64,000 nt of DNA from an uncultured Chloroflexia bacterium (GCA_963725745.1 CAVRZS010000004.1:538576-602575), one strand, 5' to 3'; shown: positions 1 through 10,778, counted from the stretch's first letter. Notes: generated from the letters alone by a model not told the origin. Program-made: numbers and translations.

Positions 1-2789
1 TCGGGCAGCATCGACGACCCAGAATCCGCCAGGATCGCGATCGCCTCGTCGATCGCGCGCAAGCCTTCCGCCGGTCGCCCGGCACCCGCGCAGGCGATCG
101 CCTGCACAAACAGCAGGAACGGCCAGAAGATCGGCGGCGACCGGAGCTCGCCGTAGAGGCCGATGCCGAACTGCACCTCGGCCATCCCTTCGTCCGCGCG
201 GCCGAGGGCGACGTGGGCTGCGCCGCGCAGGACGTTGCCGACCGCGGTCCAGATCCGGAACTCGTGCTCCTGGGCCAGGTCAACCAGGCTCGTCGCGAGC
301 TCGAGCGTGATCTCCGGCTCTCGTCGCCAGAACCGGAGCAGGCCGGCATGGAACCGGGCATAGGCGGTCGTGAACGGGTGGTCGAGCGCAGCGGCGAGGG
401 CGAGCGCGGCTTCGGCGCGTTCGGCAGCTCGGTCGGGTCTGCCCAGCAACCACAGGGTGAAGGCAGACGTGGTGAGGCAGGACACCCGCGGGTCGTTGCC
501 CACGCGGACCGACTGGGCTGTCGCGGGCCGCTCCGGAAACAGGGCGATCGCCTGCTCGAAGTGTTCGAGCCCGCCTCGCAGGTCGTCGAAGCTCATGAGG
601 GTCGTACCAACGAGCAGGTGGCCGTCGATCTGCATCGCGGCATCGCCCTCGGCCTCGCCCAAGTCGAGGATCACCCTGCCGAGCTCCGCGGACTTGTCGA
701 GCTGGGCGCGGAACAGGTAGAGGCTGGCCAGCCCACGCAGGACCGCGAACTGCTGCCGGACGTCGGCGCCCTGCTCGAACCGCTCGAGCGCGCCGGCAAA
801 GGCCGCCTCGACTTCCGGGGTGAACCCTTTCGTGGTCATCAGCGCCCTGGCCAGCGTGGTCCGGAGCCCGATCTCCTGGTTGATCCGTTCGGGCGACGGG
901 GGAACGGCTTCGACCACGGCCAGCATGTCCGACGCGAGCCTGACCGTATCGAGGTACCAGCCGTGGGCATCGTCGAGCGCGAGGAGGGTCTTCGCCAGCC
1001 CGTCCAGGCGCCCGAGGTCGCGCGCCTCCACCCAGTACGTCCAGGCGATGCGCAGGTTCCCGACGTCGGCGTGGAGCGCCTCCAGGGCAGCCTCACGCCC
1101 GGCGCCCGTCAGCTGGCCGCGCAGGCGACGCGCCAGGTCCGCGTAGTACGTGGCATGAACCTCGCGAGTCCGGGACGCGAGGTCGGGGTGCTGGTCGAGC
1201 CGGTCGGCGGCGAACTCGTGGATCGTCTGGAGCATCGCGACCCGCGGCTCCCGACCCGGCCGGTCCACCCGGCGCAGGAGGCTCTTCTCGACGAGACCGG
1301 CGAGCACGTCGAGCACGTCGACCGCCTCTCCATCGACCGCGCCGACCTCGCCGACCACGGCCTGGATCGCGTCCACCTCCGCGTCCGCGAACACCGCCAG
1401 CAGCTCGAACAAGCGCTGTTCAGCGGGCGAGAGCAGCTCGTAGCTCCAGTCCATCGCCGCCCGCAGCGTCTGCTGGCGCTCCGGGAGGTCGCGCGGTCCG
1501 CTGCGCAAGAGCCCCAGCCGGTCGTCGAGCCGATCGCGAAGCACCTCCGGCGAGAACAGACGGAGCCGGGCGGCCGCGAGCTCGATCGCCAGCGGCAGGC
1601 CATCGAGCCGGCGGCAGATCTCCGCGACCGCGGCCGCGTTGTGGTCGGTGAGCTCGAATTCCGGACGGACGACGCGGGCGCGGTCGACGAACAGCTGCAC
1701 TGCGGCAACGTCGCGGATGTCCGCGGCCGTTACCTGCCCGCGGGCGTCCGGCGGCAGCGCGAGCGGCGGCACGGGGAAGAGCTGTTCTGCCCGGACGTGG
1801 AGCGCCTCGCGACTCGTCGCGAGCACCGTCAGCCCGGGGCAGTCGCTGAGCAGCTGGGCCACCACGGCGGCCGATTGGGTGACCTGCTCGAGGTTGTCGA
1901 GCACGAGCAGCATGCGTTGTTCCCGCAGCCGGTCGACGAGCTCGTCCTGGAGCGGCCGATCGATGATCTCGCCCAGGCCAATCGATCGCGCGATCGCGAC
2001 CAGCACCGCGTTCGTGTCATGGGCGCTGGCCAGGTCCACGAACGAGGCGCCGTCGCGGAACCTCGGCGCCAGGTCCGATGCGACCCGGATCGCGAGTGTC
2101 GTCTTGCCGGTCCCGCCTGGCCCGATGAGCGTCAGCAGGCGGACGGAGCCATCCGCGAGGCGTTCGGTGATCTGGGCGATCTCGTTCTGACGACCGATCA
2201 GGGCCGCGACGCGCGAGGGCAGGTCTGCCCCGGGCTGACGAGCGGTGACCAGCGGCGGGAACTCCGACGGGAGGTCCGGGTGGACGAGCTGGTAGAGGTG
2301 CTCGGGCCGGCCGAGGTCCCGGAGGTGGTGCTCCCCCAGGTCGCGGAGCCCGGCCCCGCCCGGCAGCCGCTCGGTCGCCAGCGCACCCGCCGACGCGGAC
2401 AGCAGTACCTGGCCGCCGTGCCCCGCCGCCATGATGCGGGCGGCGCGGTTGACGGTGGTGCCGAAGTAGTCGCCGTCACGCCGCTCGGCCTGGCCGCAGT
2501 GAATGCCCATGCGGACCCTGAGCGGGCCGGTCTCGCCCCACGACTCGGCGATCAGCCCGCGCTGGGCCTCGAGGCTCGCCGTCGCCGCATCGATCGCCCC
2601 GGCGAACACGGCCATCATCCCGTCGCCGGTGGTCTTGACCACGGTGCCGCGGGCTGCCTCGATCGCGTCACGCAGGATCGCGTCGTGTCGGCCCAGCGCG
2701 GCCTTCATCGCGTCCGGGAACTGCTCCCAGAGCCGCGTGCTGCCCTCGAGGTCGGTGAACAGGAACGTGATGGTTCCAGTCGACGGCAT
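1..2789 (-). CDS. Class III adenylate/guanylate cyclase domain fused to an AAA/NB-ARC-type (STAND) ATPase; the C-terminal part runs off the left edge
   Basis: Absent from the ORF track because it has no stop inside the window. Reverse-strand translation from ATG 2789 (GTG 2795 also possible) reads MPSTGTITFLFTDLEGSTRLWEQFPDAMKAALGRHDAILRDAIEAARGTVVKTTGDGMMAVF...RVRMGIHCGQAERRDGDYFGTTVNRAARIMAAGHGGQVLLS (cyclase homology domain). It continues with LLTLIGPGGTGKTTLA (Walker A) and MLLVLDNLEQV (Walker B-like). All listed minus ORFs from 839 to 2479 are in another frame, consistent with this frame staying open to position 1. Confidence 0.85.
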   Translation of the reverse strand, partial: MPSTGTITFLFTDLEGSTRLWEQFPDAMKAALGRHDAILRDAIEAARGTVVKTTGDGMMAVFAGAIDAATASLEAQRGLIAESWGETGPLRVRMGIHCGQAERRDGDYFGTTVNRAARIMAAGHGGQVLLSASAGALATERLPGGAGLRDLGEHHLRDLGRPEHLYQLVHPDLPSEFPPLVTARQPGADLPSRVAALIGRQNEIAQITERLADGSVRLLTLIGPGGTGKTTLAIRVASDLAPRFRDGASFVDLASAHDTNAVLVAIARSIGLGEIIDRPLQDELVDRLREQRMLLVLDNLEQVTQSAAVVAQLLSDCPGLTVLATSREALHVRAEQLFPVPPLALPPDARGQVTAADIRDVAAVQLFVDRARVVRPEFELTDHNAAAVAEICRRLDGLPLAIELAAARLRLFSPEVLRDRLDDRLGLLRSGPRDLPERQQTLRAAMDWSYELLSPAEQRLFELLAVFADAEVDAIQAVVGEVGAVDGEAVDVLDVLAGLVEKSLLRRVDRPGREPRVAMLQTIHEFAADRLDQHPDLASRTREVHATYYADLARRLRGQLTGAGREAALEALHADVGNLRIAWTYWVEARDLGRLDGLAKTLLALDDAHGWYLDTVRLASDMLAVVEAVPPSPERINQEIGLRTTLARALMTTKGFTPEVEAAFAGALERFEQGADVRQQFAVLRGLASLYLFRAQLDKSAELGRVILDLGEAEGDAAMQIDGHLLVGTTLMSFDDLRGGLEHFEQAIALFPERPATAQSVRVGNDPRVSCLTTSAFTLWLLGRPDRAAERAEAALALAAALDHPFTTAYARFHAGLLRFWRREPEITLELATSLVDLAQEHEFRIWTAVGNVLRGAAHVALGRADEGMAEVQFGIGLYGELRSPPIFWPFLLFVQAIACAGAGRPAEGLRAIDEAIAILADSGSSMLP

Positions 2790-2876
2790 GTCCACGAGCC
2801 CATCATCGGGCTTTCGGGCCACGCGGGGTGTCACGGCGGCGACACAACGCTCGGGCCGGCGACCGTGTGTCGCCAG

Positions 2877-3284
2877 CTACGGGAGCACGATGAACCGACC
2901 GCCATCGAGGGGGCGCACGACCTCGAAGTGCCGACGATCGAGCGTGACGATTGTCTTCGTTCGATACCTGGCCGCGAGGACGACGATCGAGGCGTCGGCC
3001 ACGCCGATCGACTGGTCCCCATAGCGCTCCACCAGGCGGCGCGCGGAGTCCAGATCCGTCGCATCGAACGATGGCAGCTCCCACGCGCCGCCGGCCAGCT
3101 CGGTCAAAGCGGCCAACTCGGCGTCCATGCCGTGTCGCGATGCGGCGAGGTAGTCCGTCTCTGCGACGACGTACGGCGAGACCACCAGCGGCTCGGTGGA
3201 GCCCTCCAGCACCTCGGCGACGGCCGCGTGGTCCGGCTCTCCGCTGTCGAAGTAGGCGAGGAGGGCGCTCGTATCGACGATCAC
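2877..3284 (-). CDS. vapC: PIN-domain toxin (VapC family)
   Basis: GTG at 3284 gives VIVDTSALLAYFDSGEPDHAAVAEVLE...LVVSPYVVAETDYLAASRHG...VVLAARYRTKTIVTLDRRHF, which is the PIN acidic-residue pattern. The start overlaps the upstream antitoxin stop as GTGA (3281-3284). Confidence 0.85.
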   Translation of the reverse strand: MIVDTSALLAYFDSGEPDHAAVAEVLEGSTEPLVVSPYVVAETDYLAASRHGMDAELAALTELAGGAWELPSFDATDLDSARRLVERYGDQSIGVADASIVVLAARYRTKTIVTLDRRHFEVVRPLDGGRFIVLP

Positions 3285-3499
3285 CTGTCGCCGAACCCGC
3301 GCAGGTGTTTGTCCGCGTCCCGAGCGATCGGCGCCTTGCCCGCGTACAGCCCGCCCTTCGGGCGCGGCCGGGCGTCGCCCATGACCGCCTGGCGGATCGA
3401 CTCGCGGATGACCTCGGCCTCCGAGACGCCTCGCTGGAGGGCAGCACGGCGAAGCGCGGTCTTGAGTTCGAGGGGCAGATAGACCGTCGTCTTGTCCAT
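3281..3499 (-). CDS. vapB: Ribbon-helix-helix antitoxin (VapB/CopG type)
   Basis: 72-aa track ORF MDKTTVYLPLELKTALRRAALQRGVSEAEVIRESIRQAV shows a beta-strand/helix/helix RHH pattern. It lies directly upstream of, and is translationally coupled to, the PIN gene. Confidence 0.8.
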   Translation of the reverse strand: MDKTTVYLPLELKTALRRAALQRGVSEAEVIRESIRQAVMGDARPRPKGGLYAGKAPIARDADKHLRGFGDR

Positions 3500-3582
3500 G
3501 GATATATGGTACCACCGGTGGTACCAGCGACGACACGTTCACCGTCCCCGGCGGTCTGGCCTGCCCGACTACGATCGGAGCC

Positions 3583-4155
3583 GTGCTCATCCGCCACGAG
3601 ACCCTCCGCCGTATCGCGTCGGGCGAGGTCGACACCGTGTTCCGCCGCCAGCGCCGGCCAACCGTCAAGGCCGGCGGCACGCTGCGGACGATGATCGGGA
3701 TGCTCGCGATCGACACCGTCGAGCGCATCGAGCCCGGGGACGTCACCGAGTCCGACGCGCGGCGCGCGGGCATGGCCCGGGACGAGATCCTGGCGATGCT
3801 GGCCGCCAAGACCGAGGGCGAGTGCTACCGCGTCCGGCTCCACGTCGCGGGCGACGACCCACGGATCGCGCTCCGTGAGGACGCGGCGCTCGACGAGGCG
3901 ACGGTGACGGCGCTCCGCGCGCGGCTGGACCGGCTGGACGCCGCGAGCTCCTGGGGCCCATGGACGCGGCCGACGCTGCGGTTGATCGCCGAGCGGCCCT
4001 TCGTCCGCGCGCCAGACCTGGCCGCCTCGATGGGTCGCGACACCCCGTCGTTCAAGGATGACGTCCGCAAACTCAAGGCCCTGGGCCTGACGATCAGCCA
4101 CAACCCGGGCTACGAGCTATCTCCACGCGGCCGGGCGCTTCTCGACCGGCTCTGA
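3583..4155 (+). CDS. ASCH (PUA-like) domain protein with a C-terminal winged-helix-like tail
   Basis: 190-aa track ORF (GTG start). The N-terminus LIRHETLRRIASGEVDTVFRRQRRPTVKAGGTL...YRVRLH resembles ASCH beta-barrel proteins. The C-terminus RPFVRAPDLAASMGRDTPSFKDDVRKLKALGLTISHNPGYELSPRGRALL resembles a wHTH. Confidence 0.6.
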   Translation: MLIRHETLRRIASGEVDTVFRRQRRPTVKAGGTLRTMIGMLAIDTVERIEPGDVTESDARRAGMARDEILAMLAAKTEGECYRVRLHVAGDDPRIALREDAALDEATVTALRARLDRLDAASSWGPWTRPTLRLIAERPFVRAPDLAASMGRDTPSFKDDVRKLKALGLTISHNPGYELSPRGRALLDRL

Positions 4156-4305
4156 CCCACGGGCGGAGTGGTCTGGGGTCGCTGCGCATCCGCCGAGACG
4201 AACTCCTACGCGATGGTGTTCCGTCGCGGTCGGTCGATCTCGCCTCACGAAGGGGGGTACGAAGCGACTACCACGGCGGGCTCCGAGCCTTGCTACGTTG
4301 CGGAC

Positions 4306-5121
4306 ATGGGCGAACCGTGGAGGGTCAAGTACGACGGAGTCTGTGCCCGACGCGAGACCCCGCCGCATAAAGGCAGTCCGGCGGTCTGGGATCGTGCCAC
4401 TCGCTCAATCCGATGCGTCACGTGCCCTCTTGAGGCATCGCCTCCGCCGCCCGCGGCGGTGATCGAAACTGGCACGGCTGGTCGCTCGGCCCGCGTTAGG
4501 TACGACCACCCCGCGGCGAAGCGTGACACCGCAAACGCCGACCGATGGGGAACGGGCATCGTCGCGAAGGTGATCCGCGCGGTGTCCGACGAGCCGCAGT
4601 CGACGCGTGCATGGGCGATCGGCGCGGCGGGCGAAGAGAAGCTGGCGGCCGACCTCGATGACGTCCCCGGCATCCGCATGCTTCACGATCGGCGTATCCC
4701 CGGGACTCGCCGTAACATCGACCACATCGTCATCGGCCCGGCCGGCATCTTCGTCGTTGATGCGAAGAACCACAAAGGGCGCCTCGAGATCCGCGATCGA
4801 GGCGGACTGCTCCGCTCTGACCTGCGCCTCACCGTGGGTGGCCGCGACATCTCGAGTGCTGCGGACGGTGTGTTGTCGCAAGCCGACGTCGTGGCGACCG
4901 TGCTCGAGCGGGCAGGTATCGAGTTAGCACCTTCGGTGACGCCCGTCTTGTGCTTCCTCAGGGTCGAGTGGCCGCTGCTCCGGCCGCCGTCGGTGTTCCG
5001 TGGCGTCAGGCTCGAGAACGACCGATCGGTCAGGCGACTTGTGACCACGCGCTCGACACTTGCCGAGGCGCAGGCCGACCATTTGCTATCGACGCTTGCG
5101 GCGGGTCTTCCTCCGAGATAG
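4306..5121 (+). CDS. NERD (nuclease-related domain) protein with a small Cys-containing N-terminal knuckle
   Basis: In-frame ATG 4306 within track ORF 4168..5121. The segment AWAIGAAGEEKLAADLDDVPGIRMLHDRRIPGTRRNIDHIVIGPAGIFVVDAKNHKGRLEI matches the NERD core as I recall it (HDR...NIDH...V.DAK). The N-terminus carries C...CVTC. Confidence 0.75.
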   Translation: MGEPWRVKYDGVCARRETPPHKGSPAVWDRATRSIRCVTCPLEASPPPPAAVIETGTAGRSARVRYDHPAAKRDTANADRWGTGIVAKVIRAVSDEPQSTRAWAIGAAGEEKLAADLDDVPGIRMLHDRRIPGTRRNIDHIVIGPAGIFVVDAKNHKGRLEIRDRGGLLRSDLRLTVGGRDISSAADGVLSQADVVATVLERAGIELAPSVTPVLCFLRVEWPLLRPPSVFRGVRLENDRSVRRLVTTRSTLAEAQADHLLSTLAAGLPPR

Positions 5122-5178
5122 GTCCCAGCTGGGGTTCATACGTCGCCCGCCAGGAGGCAGCCCCGAGGGCGGCGTACG

Positions 5179-6543
5179 ATGCGCCTGGCTACATCATCGG
5201 GAGCTACGACTCGCGGCATGCGCCTCTTCGAGCTCTATCGCTATGCGAAGCCGAGTCCGGGGCCGGAGATCGAGTTCATCGATGGCTACCGGAATATCTT
5301 CAACGTCACGCGTTGGCCCAATTGGCCTGCCCTCGCGGGTGCTGGGCGCGTGCAGCTCGACCACGGCATCGACTCCGTCAAGAAGGTCATGGCGGTCGAC
5401 GGCGAGCGACGTCCCGCGATCCTGATCGCCTCGAAGCCACATCGGGCCGGTTCTGACTGGACGCCCTGGCATGACGAGCTCGACGCCGAGCGCGGGCACG
5501 TGCGCTATTTCGGAGACAACAAGGCCGACCTCGGGTTCGATCCGCTCGGACCACCCGGCAACCGCTCGGTCGTCGAGCAGTTTGGCCTCCATACATCGGC
5601 GAGTCGATCAGACCGACTCCGCGCGGCGCCGCTTCTGTTTTTCGAGAGCCTGGTGCATGAGGGACGAGCGAAAGGATTCTGGCGATTTCTCGGGGTGGGG
5701 CTCATCGAGCGTGCGGAGCTGGTCGCTCAGGTTGACCGAAAGGGACGGCCGTTCGTCAACTACGCCTTCGACTGCCTCTTGGTCGATCTGACCGCGGAGG
5801 GCCTCGGAATGGCATGGGAGTGGATCGCCGCCAGGCGCGACCCCACGAAGTCCGCTGACGAGTGCCTGCAGTTCGCGCCGGTGGCGTGGCGGCGCTGGGT
5901 CGACGGCGGCGCGGCCGTGAGAGACCGGATCCGCCAGCAATTGACCCGGGCGTCGACACTCACTCCAGCCGATCAACGCCCAGATGCTGGAACCCCGGCC
6001 GAAGACGCTCTTCGACATGTGATCGCGCACTACAAGCGACTGGGTGCATATCAGGGTGTCGGCGAACATCGCTTCGAGGGACTTGCGTCCGAGATCACGG
6101 GAAGCGTGTTGGGTGAAAGCGGCCAGTACCGGCCGGGTTGGATCACGAAGCGAGCCGGCGATGGCGGGATCGACTTCGTGAGTCGGCTGGATCTCGGGTC
6201 AGGTGTGGGAGCCCTGAAGCTGGTCGTCCTCGGCCAGGCGAAGTGCATTGCCGGGGTCGCGCCAGTGACGAGCGGACTCGATCTCGCGAGAACTGTTGCC
6301 AGGCTGGACCGCGGATGGGTCGGGTCGTTCGTGACGACGGGCTACTACAGCGAGCAGGCCCAACGCGAAGTCGTCAGCGACCGATTCCCGTTGCTCATGC
6401 TGAATGGTCGACATGTCGGCGAGACCGTGGTCCGAGAGTCAGCCTTGCGAGGCATGACCGTGCCCGAATACATTGCTGGGGTCGACGCTGAATACGACGC
6501 ACGGGTGTCCAACAGGCTGCCCGCGGAAATTCTTGGGGACTGA
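5179..6543 (+). CDS. Two-domain nuclease: N-terminal PUA/SRA-like reader domain plus C-terminal Mrr-type PD-(D/E)xK restriction endonuclease core; candidate type IV (modification-dependent) enzyme
   Basis: Track ORF of 454 aa (an alternative ATG at 5218 gives MRLFELYRY). The C-terminus HRFEGLASEITGSVLG...GWITKRAGDGGIDFVSRLDLGSGVGALKLVVLGQAKC fits the Mrr catalytic pattern (FE...DGGID...Q.K). The N-terminus PAILIASKPHRAGSDWTPWHDELDAERGHVRYFGDNK...APLLFFES...GFWRFLGVGLIERAELV resembles the SRA/YDG pattern (ivvS..Y.D..d.g..l.YtG.G). Confidence 0.6.
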   Translation: MRLATSSGATTRGMRLFELYRYAKPSPGPEIEFIDGYRNIFNVTRWPNWPALAGAGRVQLDHGIDSVKKVMAVDGERRPAILIASKPHRAGSDWTPWHDELDAERGHVRYFGDNKADLGFDPLGPPGNRSVVEQFGLHTSASRSDRLRAAPLLFFESLVHEGRAKGFWRFLGVGLIERAELVAQVDRKGRPFVNYAFDCLLVDLTAEGLGMAWEWIAARRDPTKSADECLQFAPVAWRRWVDGGAAVRDRIRQQLTRASTLTPADQRPDAGTPAEDALRHVIAHYKRLGAYQGVGEHRFEGLASEITGSVLGESGQYRPGWITKRAGDGGIDFVSRLDLGSGVGALKLVVLGQAKCIAGVAPVTSGLDLARTVARLDRGWVGSFVTTGYYSEQAQREVVSDRFPLLMLNGRHVGETVVRESALRGMTVPEYIAGVDAEYDARVSNRLPAEILGD

Positions 6544-6572
6544 CGCCGAGGCGTGTAACGGGACGCACCGGC

Positions 6573-8282
<1,710 letters not shown>

Positions 8283-8718
8283 ACGGCCTCCGCTTCCGGA
8301 GGCCGCCAGGCGCCAGGCGCCGATGCGCGGCGCCGCTCCTTCCTGGGCACGCCCTGCCAGATCTGAAGGTCGCGACCGTTAGCCAGCGAGCGGAGCGAAG
8401 ATCGCCTGCAGACGACTGCCAGCCTGTCGTGCCGGCGCGTTGGTGTCAGGCGCAGAGCACCATGCTTCGCATGTACGACAGTCGGGCCCGCCATCGTCCT
8501 GGCCAACGGTCGGAGGCTTCGGATATGTCAGGAAGCTGGCGCTCGTGAGCTCGTCATCCTGAGGAAGAACGTGGCGAACGCCGACACCGTCGCCATGACG
8601 TGGCGCATCTCGTCGCCGCTCAGGTCGAAGGGCTGCGGTGCGCTTCCAGCCACAATGACCCTTCCGCCGCCGGCTTTCGAAATTCGCGCCAGCGTACCGC
8701 TTGGGCGGCGCGTCCGGA

Positions 8719-9249
8719 TCAGCCGAACATCACCTGCTGGCCGTACCCAGGGGCGCCCTCGAGCTCGAGCATCCGGCGCTTCGTGTCGAGGCCACCCGGC
8801 GCCGAGAAGCCGGTCAGCGCCCCGTTCGCAGCGACGACCCGGTGGCACGGGACGATGATCGGGAATCGGTTCCGGGCCAGGGCCACGCCGACGTCGCGCG
8901 CACCGTCGGGCCGCCCGATCGCCCGGGCGATCTCCCCGTAGCTGCGGGTCGTGCCGGGCGCGATCTCGCGGGTCGCCGCGTACACGGCGCGCCGGAACTC
9001 GTCGATCCCGCGGTCGTCGAGGGGAACATCTCGCAGATCGACCGCCCGCCCGGCCATGACCTCGCGCATGCCCTCGATCGCACGCAGCGCGAACGGGGGA
9101 ACGGGGGCGCCGTCCTCGAATCGCGAGCCGGGGAGTCCCGTGGCCCCCGGGAGCAGCACCCGCGTGATCCCGGCATCGCTCCAGGCGACGCCGCAGCGCC
9201 CGAGCTCGGTGTCGAAGGTGACAGTGTTGGTCGCGGTCATCGGTTCCAT
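8719..9249 (-). CDS. ogt: Methylated-DNA--protein-cysteine methyltransferase
   Basis: ATG 9249 within track ORF 8719..10005. The sequence ends ...YGEIARAIGRPDGARDVGVALARNRFPIIVPCHRVVAANGALTGFSAPGGLDTKRRMLELEG and carries the PCHRV active-site motif. Confidence 0.9.
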   Translation of the reverse strand: MEPMTATNTVTFDTELGRCGVAWSDAGITRVLLPGATGLPGSRFEDGAPVPPFALRAIEGMREVMAGRAVDLRDVPLDDRGIDEFRRAVYAATREIAPGTTRSYGEIARAIGRPDGARDVGVALARNRFPIIVPCHRVVAANGALTGFSAPGGLDTKRRMLELEGAPGYGQQVMFG

Positions 9250-9296
9250 CAGTCTCCAGAACACCGCGACGCGGTCACCCGTTTCACGGTGGCCGG

Positions 9297-9944
9297 TCAG
9301 CGCGCCGCTGCAGCCTCGGTGCTCGCCTGCTGGAGCGCGCTGAGGAACAGCTCGGTGGGTTGCGCGCCGGAGATCCCGTACCGCCGGTCGATCACGAAGA
9401 ACGGGACGCCGTTGATCCCGAGCGCGTGCGCCTCGTCGATGTCGGCCTGGACGTCGGCCGCGTACGCGTCGCCGGCGAGGACGTCGCGGACCTCGTCCGC
9501 GGGAACGCCCACCTCGGACCCGAGCCGCGCCAGCGTCTCGACGTCGTCGAGGACCTCCCCCTCGACGAGCTGGCCCCGCAGCAGCCGCTCCTGGATGGCG
9601 TCCTCGAGCCCGTGCGCCTTGCCGAGATAGGCAACGCGGTGGGCGTCGAGCGTATTGATCACCTGGTAGCGGTCGAAGTCGTAGGCGAGCCCTTCGGCGG
9701 CCGCGAGGTCCACGACGCGCGCGTTCAACTGATGGACCTGCTCCACGGTCGTGCGCAGCTTGGCCGCCAAATACTCGTCGTGGGTCGTGCGCACGCCGCG
9801 CGGCTGCTCGGGGTTCAGCTGGAAGGCTCGCCAATGGACCTCGACGTCCGCAACGCCATCGAAGGCTTCGAGCGCGTGCTCGAACCGGCGCTTGCCGATG
9901 TAGCACCAGGGGCAGACGACGTCGGACCAGATCTCGACCTTCAC
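9297..9944 (-). CDS. DsbA-family (FrnE-like) thiol oxidoreductase
   Basis: GTG 9944 gives VKVEIWSDVVCPWCYIGKRRFEHALEAF..., with a CPWC redox motif at the expected N-terminal position. The C-terminus reads INGVPFFVIDRRYGISGAQP. The upstream part of track ORF 9297..10136 is Arg-rich junk. Confidence 0.85.
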   Translation of the reverse strand: MKVEIWSDVVCPWCYIGKRRFEHALEAFDGVADVEVHWRAFQLNPEQPRGVRTTHDEYLAAKLRTTVEQVHQLNARVVDLAAAEGLAYDFDRYQVINTLDAHRVAYLGKAHGLEDAIQERLLRGQLVEGEVLDDVETLARLGSEVGVPADEVRDVLAGDAYAADVQADIDEAHALGINGVPFFVIDRRYGISGAQPTELFLSALQQASTEAAAAR

Positions 9945-10139
9945 GGCCGATCGTCGATCGGGAGGCACAGGTCGTCGACGCACACGGCGCCGTCGTCGGA
10001 GGCAAGGATCACCAACGGCGGGGGCGTCGGGCGCGGCTCGAAGACGGCGGGAACCGCCGTTTCGTCGTCGATCCGCGTGTCCGCTTGTTCGTTGACCATG
10101 CAACGAGTGTAGCCCAGCCGGCGAGGGCCTTGACAAGTT

Positions 10140-10157
10140 ACTTAGTGCTCGCTAAGT
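10140..10157. promoter_or_regulatory. Candidate TetR operator (ACTTAG-N6-CTAAGT inverted repeat) just upstream of the tetR start
   Basis: The sequence acttagtgctcgctaagt ends 9 nt before ATG 10166. It shares CTTAG...CTAAG half-sites with the palindrome at 10779..10798. Confidence 0.4.
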
Positions 10158-10165
10158 TGCTCGCC

Positions 10166-10753
10166 ATGACGCCCGCCACTGCCCAGCGACTCACCGCCGA
10201 CGAGCGCCGCGACGCCGTGATCGCCGCCGCCACCGTCGAGTTCGCCCGGGGCGGCTACGCAGGGACCTCGACGCAGGCGATCGCCCGGCGAGTCGGCGTC
10301 TCGCAGCCGTACCTGTTCCAGCTGTACGCGACGAAGGAGGACCTGTTCCTCGCCACGATCCGGGCGTGCTTCGAGGCGACGCGCTCGGCGTTCCAGGAAA
10401 GTGGGGGAGCGGCACGCGACGCCGGCGCCGACTCTAGGGGGATCCTCGCGGCGATGGCCCACACCTACATGGCCCTGCTCGCGGATCGCGACCGGCTGCG
10501 GCTCCAGCTCCAGTCCTACGCGGCCTGCGGCGACCCGGCGATCCAGGCCGTCGTCCACGAGGAGTGGACACGCCTGTACCAGACGGTTTCGTCGATCTCG
10601 GGTGCCGACGAGGTGCGGATCCACCAATGGTTCGCCGAAGGGATGCTGCTCAACGTGGCGGCCTCGATCGGCAACCTGGATGAGGCCATCCGGCTCAAGC
10701 TCGCCCTGTTCGCAGAGGACGACATCGAGGGAGGTGACGCCCACCCGCGATGA
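10166..10753 (+). CDS. TetR/AcrR family transcriptional regulator
   Basis: ATG 10166 gives MTPATAQRLTADERRDAVIAAATVEFARGGYAGTSTQAIARRVGVSQPYLFQLYATKEDLF, a typical TetR N-terminal HTH. Confidence 0.85.
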   Translation: MTPATAQRLTADERRDAVIAAATVEFARGGYAGTSTQAIARRVGVSQPYLFQLYATKEDLFLATIRACFEATRSAFQESGGAARDAGADSRGILAAMAHTYMALLADRDRLRLQLQSYAACGDPAIQAVVHEEWTRLYQTVSSISGADEVRIHQWFAEGMLLNVAASIGNLDEAIRLKLALFAEDDIEGGDAHPR

Positions 10754-10778
10754 CCCGGACTTGTTTTTGCGCTGCGAA

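Noticed and set aside
213-3482. 1089-aa plus-strand ORF, the longest in the track
   Set aside because: Its composition is Arg/Gly/Glu/Asp/Pro-rich and motif-free. It is the antisense shadow of the cyclase-STAND ATPase gene (1..2789, minus) and of vapBC, all of which have clear motifs on the other strand.
8528-8718. Tail of minus ORF 8528..8848 (…RVIVAGSAPQPFDLSGDEMRHVMATVSAFATFFLRMTSS) downstream of ogt, possibly a gene fragment
   Set aside because: There is no start codon or SD outside the ogt overlap and no recognisable motif. It is too short to support.
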